Source of the DNA: Leucoraja ocellata
Taxonomy: Eukaryota
Length of the DNA: 64,000 nucleotides
Reading direction: 5' to 3'
Assembly: GCA_036785375.1 (NCBI GenBank)
Contig: JAWMAR010001283.1
Location: 1-64,000 of the forward strand
Within the stretch, counting starts at the first letter, position 1; each line of letters starts with the position of its first letter. A model generated the notes under the pieces. It ran no database searches. It was not told the origin of the DNA and worked only from the letters and a program-made list of their open reading frames with translations. A program made the position numbers and the translations under genes. Of this stretch, positions 62,688 through 64,000 are shown piece after piece.

Positions 62688-63839
62688 GTTATTGAAGGCC
62701 TCAGTGTGGTTTTGAAATGTTCTCAAACTTCACCTGGAAAACTTAGATTGATTTGCCCCATTCCTTCCACATGTCGCGTGCAGTCCCATGTGGAATCTAC
62801 CCAGTCCTTTGCAATTGGTGAGAAGCTTGAGTTTGGCCTGCCCCCAGTAATGTTTCCATTCGGAGCACCCAACTCTGTTCTTGTCTCTAATTCAGAGATT
62901 GTGCACTGGGCCTTCTAGATGCATTTCCTTAGTCAGATGGTTTCATTGTCTAGACTAGCATAGAGTTCTACAGCAGGGTGCAACTCATCCATGCTGACCA
63001 AGGGCTGATGCATCAGTTCCTGCACTCTGACCTATGTTCTATGTCTACATGCCAACATAGCGCACATTGTCATATTTACATCTTATGGCCGTTGAATGGG
63101 AAGGGTCTTACACCATTTGCAGGGGGTTGGGTGGGAATACTGACTACTGTGGCAGAGAGTGGAAGAGCAGAGGTTGACCATGGATTGCTGGGGTGAGGAA
63201 AGAGTATCAAGCAAGGCTCAGGGTAATCTGGGGCACTCGGGGGGATGGGATCATGTTTGGGCAGGGTTGGGAGATGAAGGTGGGCGAGGTGGTGAGATCT
63301 GCTCAGCTGGTGGTGCCTATGCTGGCAAACATTGGGCAGGGTCCACTGAGCTTCGGCTGGGGCCTGGCGTTGGGTTGGTACCTCAGGACATCTGCAGAGT
63401 GAGGAGAGGTAGAGTGGGGTGGAGTGAACAGCTTTCAGCAGGTCCTACTTGAAAGATGATGGGTGCCTTAAACTCCCTGCCAGCGTCTGGGTAGGGGTTG
63501 CATCCTCTTTAGCTGATGCAAGGTTTGTGCGGTTCTTGGGATTAGATTATGCTAGTGAATGCAAAATGTACACGCTCTCATTGTGTACGAACAGCCGACA
63601 CATGGTCTAATTGTAGGTTTGCTTCCACACACAAAGAGGACCCAAGTCAAACCATGGGGACACATCCTACTTATCTACAAAGGAAAGGGGGTCAGATTGT
63701 AGATTAAGTTTATTCAGGTTGTACACAAGATGGTTGTCCCACAGGAGGGAGGTTCTGTCCCTCCGACCCTGTTGGTGCTGAAGCTACCATGTTGAATCTC
63801 TGTTGTGGGACACCAACTTCCCACTCAGCAATGGTGCTT

Positions 63840-63955
63840 TCATTTGAACCAATCCTGACAAAATGGAACAAGGGGCACATGTTGCCCAGGAAAGTACACA
63901 CTAGATTCTTGACCAGTGCCGTTAGTTATGCTGCAACTGGCTTTTCTCTCCTGAG
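63840..63955 (-). CDS. Candidate terminal exon of an unidentified convergent gene (QERKASCSITNGTGQESSVYFPGQHVPLVPFCQDWFK*)
   Basis: Minus-strand acceptor ttcctcctttttgtag|, open to TGA, with AATAAA on minus at 63709-63714. No recognised homology. Confidence 0.3.
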
Positions 63956-64000
63956 CTACAAAAAGGAGGAATGTCCTGATCAGCATTCAGTTTGCTTGTC

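Overview
This is eukaryotic (vertebrate) genomic DNA, most likely from a cartilaginous fish such as a skate or ray. That assignment is inferred from the repeat content: HE1/V-SINE-type tRNA SINEs, CR1/HER1-type LINE tails and abundant Penelope-like termini. Most ORF-track entries are spurious or repeat-derived. (1) 2384-39640 (+) holds the 3' half of DEPDC5 (GATOR1 subunit): 17 GT-AG coding exons that splice into one frame (2609 nt) ending ...DKMHSSAP*, with a poly(A) signal near 41465. (2) About 1 kb downstream on the same strand, a CpG-rich promoter precedes a multi-exon gene the ORF track shows only in fragments. It is an ANHX (anomalous homeobox)-like gene with a partial SIX domain and an atypical homeodomain (WFANYRR). 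My model has 8 coding exons from 43569 to 60455 (391 aa); the first four are well supported and the last four are tentative. (3) Introns contain CR1, Rex/L2 and RTE LINE fragments, V-SINEs, hAT and Tc1 MITEs, and a GIY-YIG Penelope-like element. The terminal repeat of that element carries a minimal hammerhead-ribozyme motif and is dispersed in about 15-20 short, often inverted copies. Other notable items are a perfect 60-bp palindrome, nested insertions with clear target-site duplications, and candidate antisense exons at the right end. Homology calls come from my recollection of the human proteins and repeat families; no database search was run.
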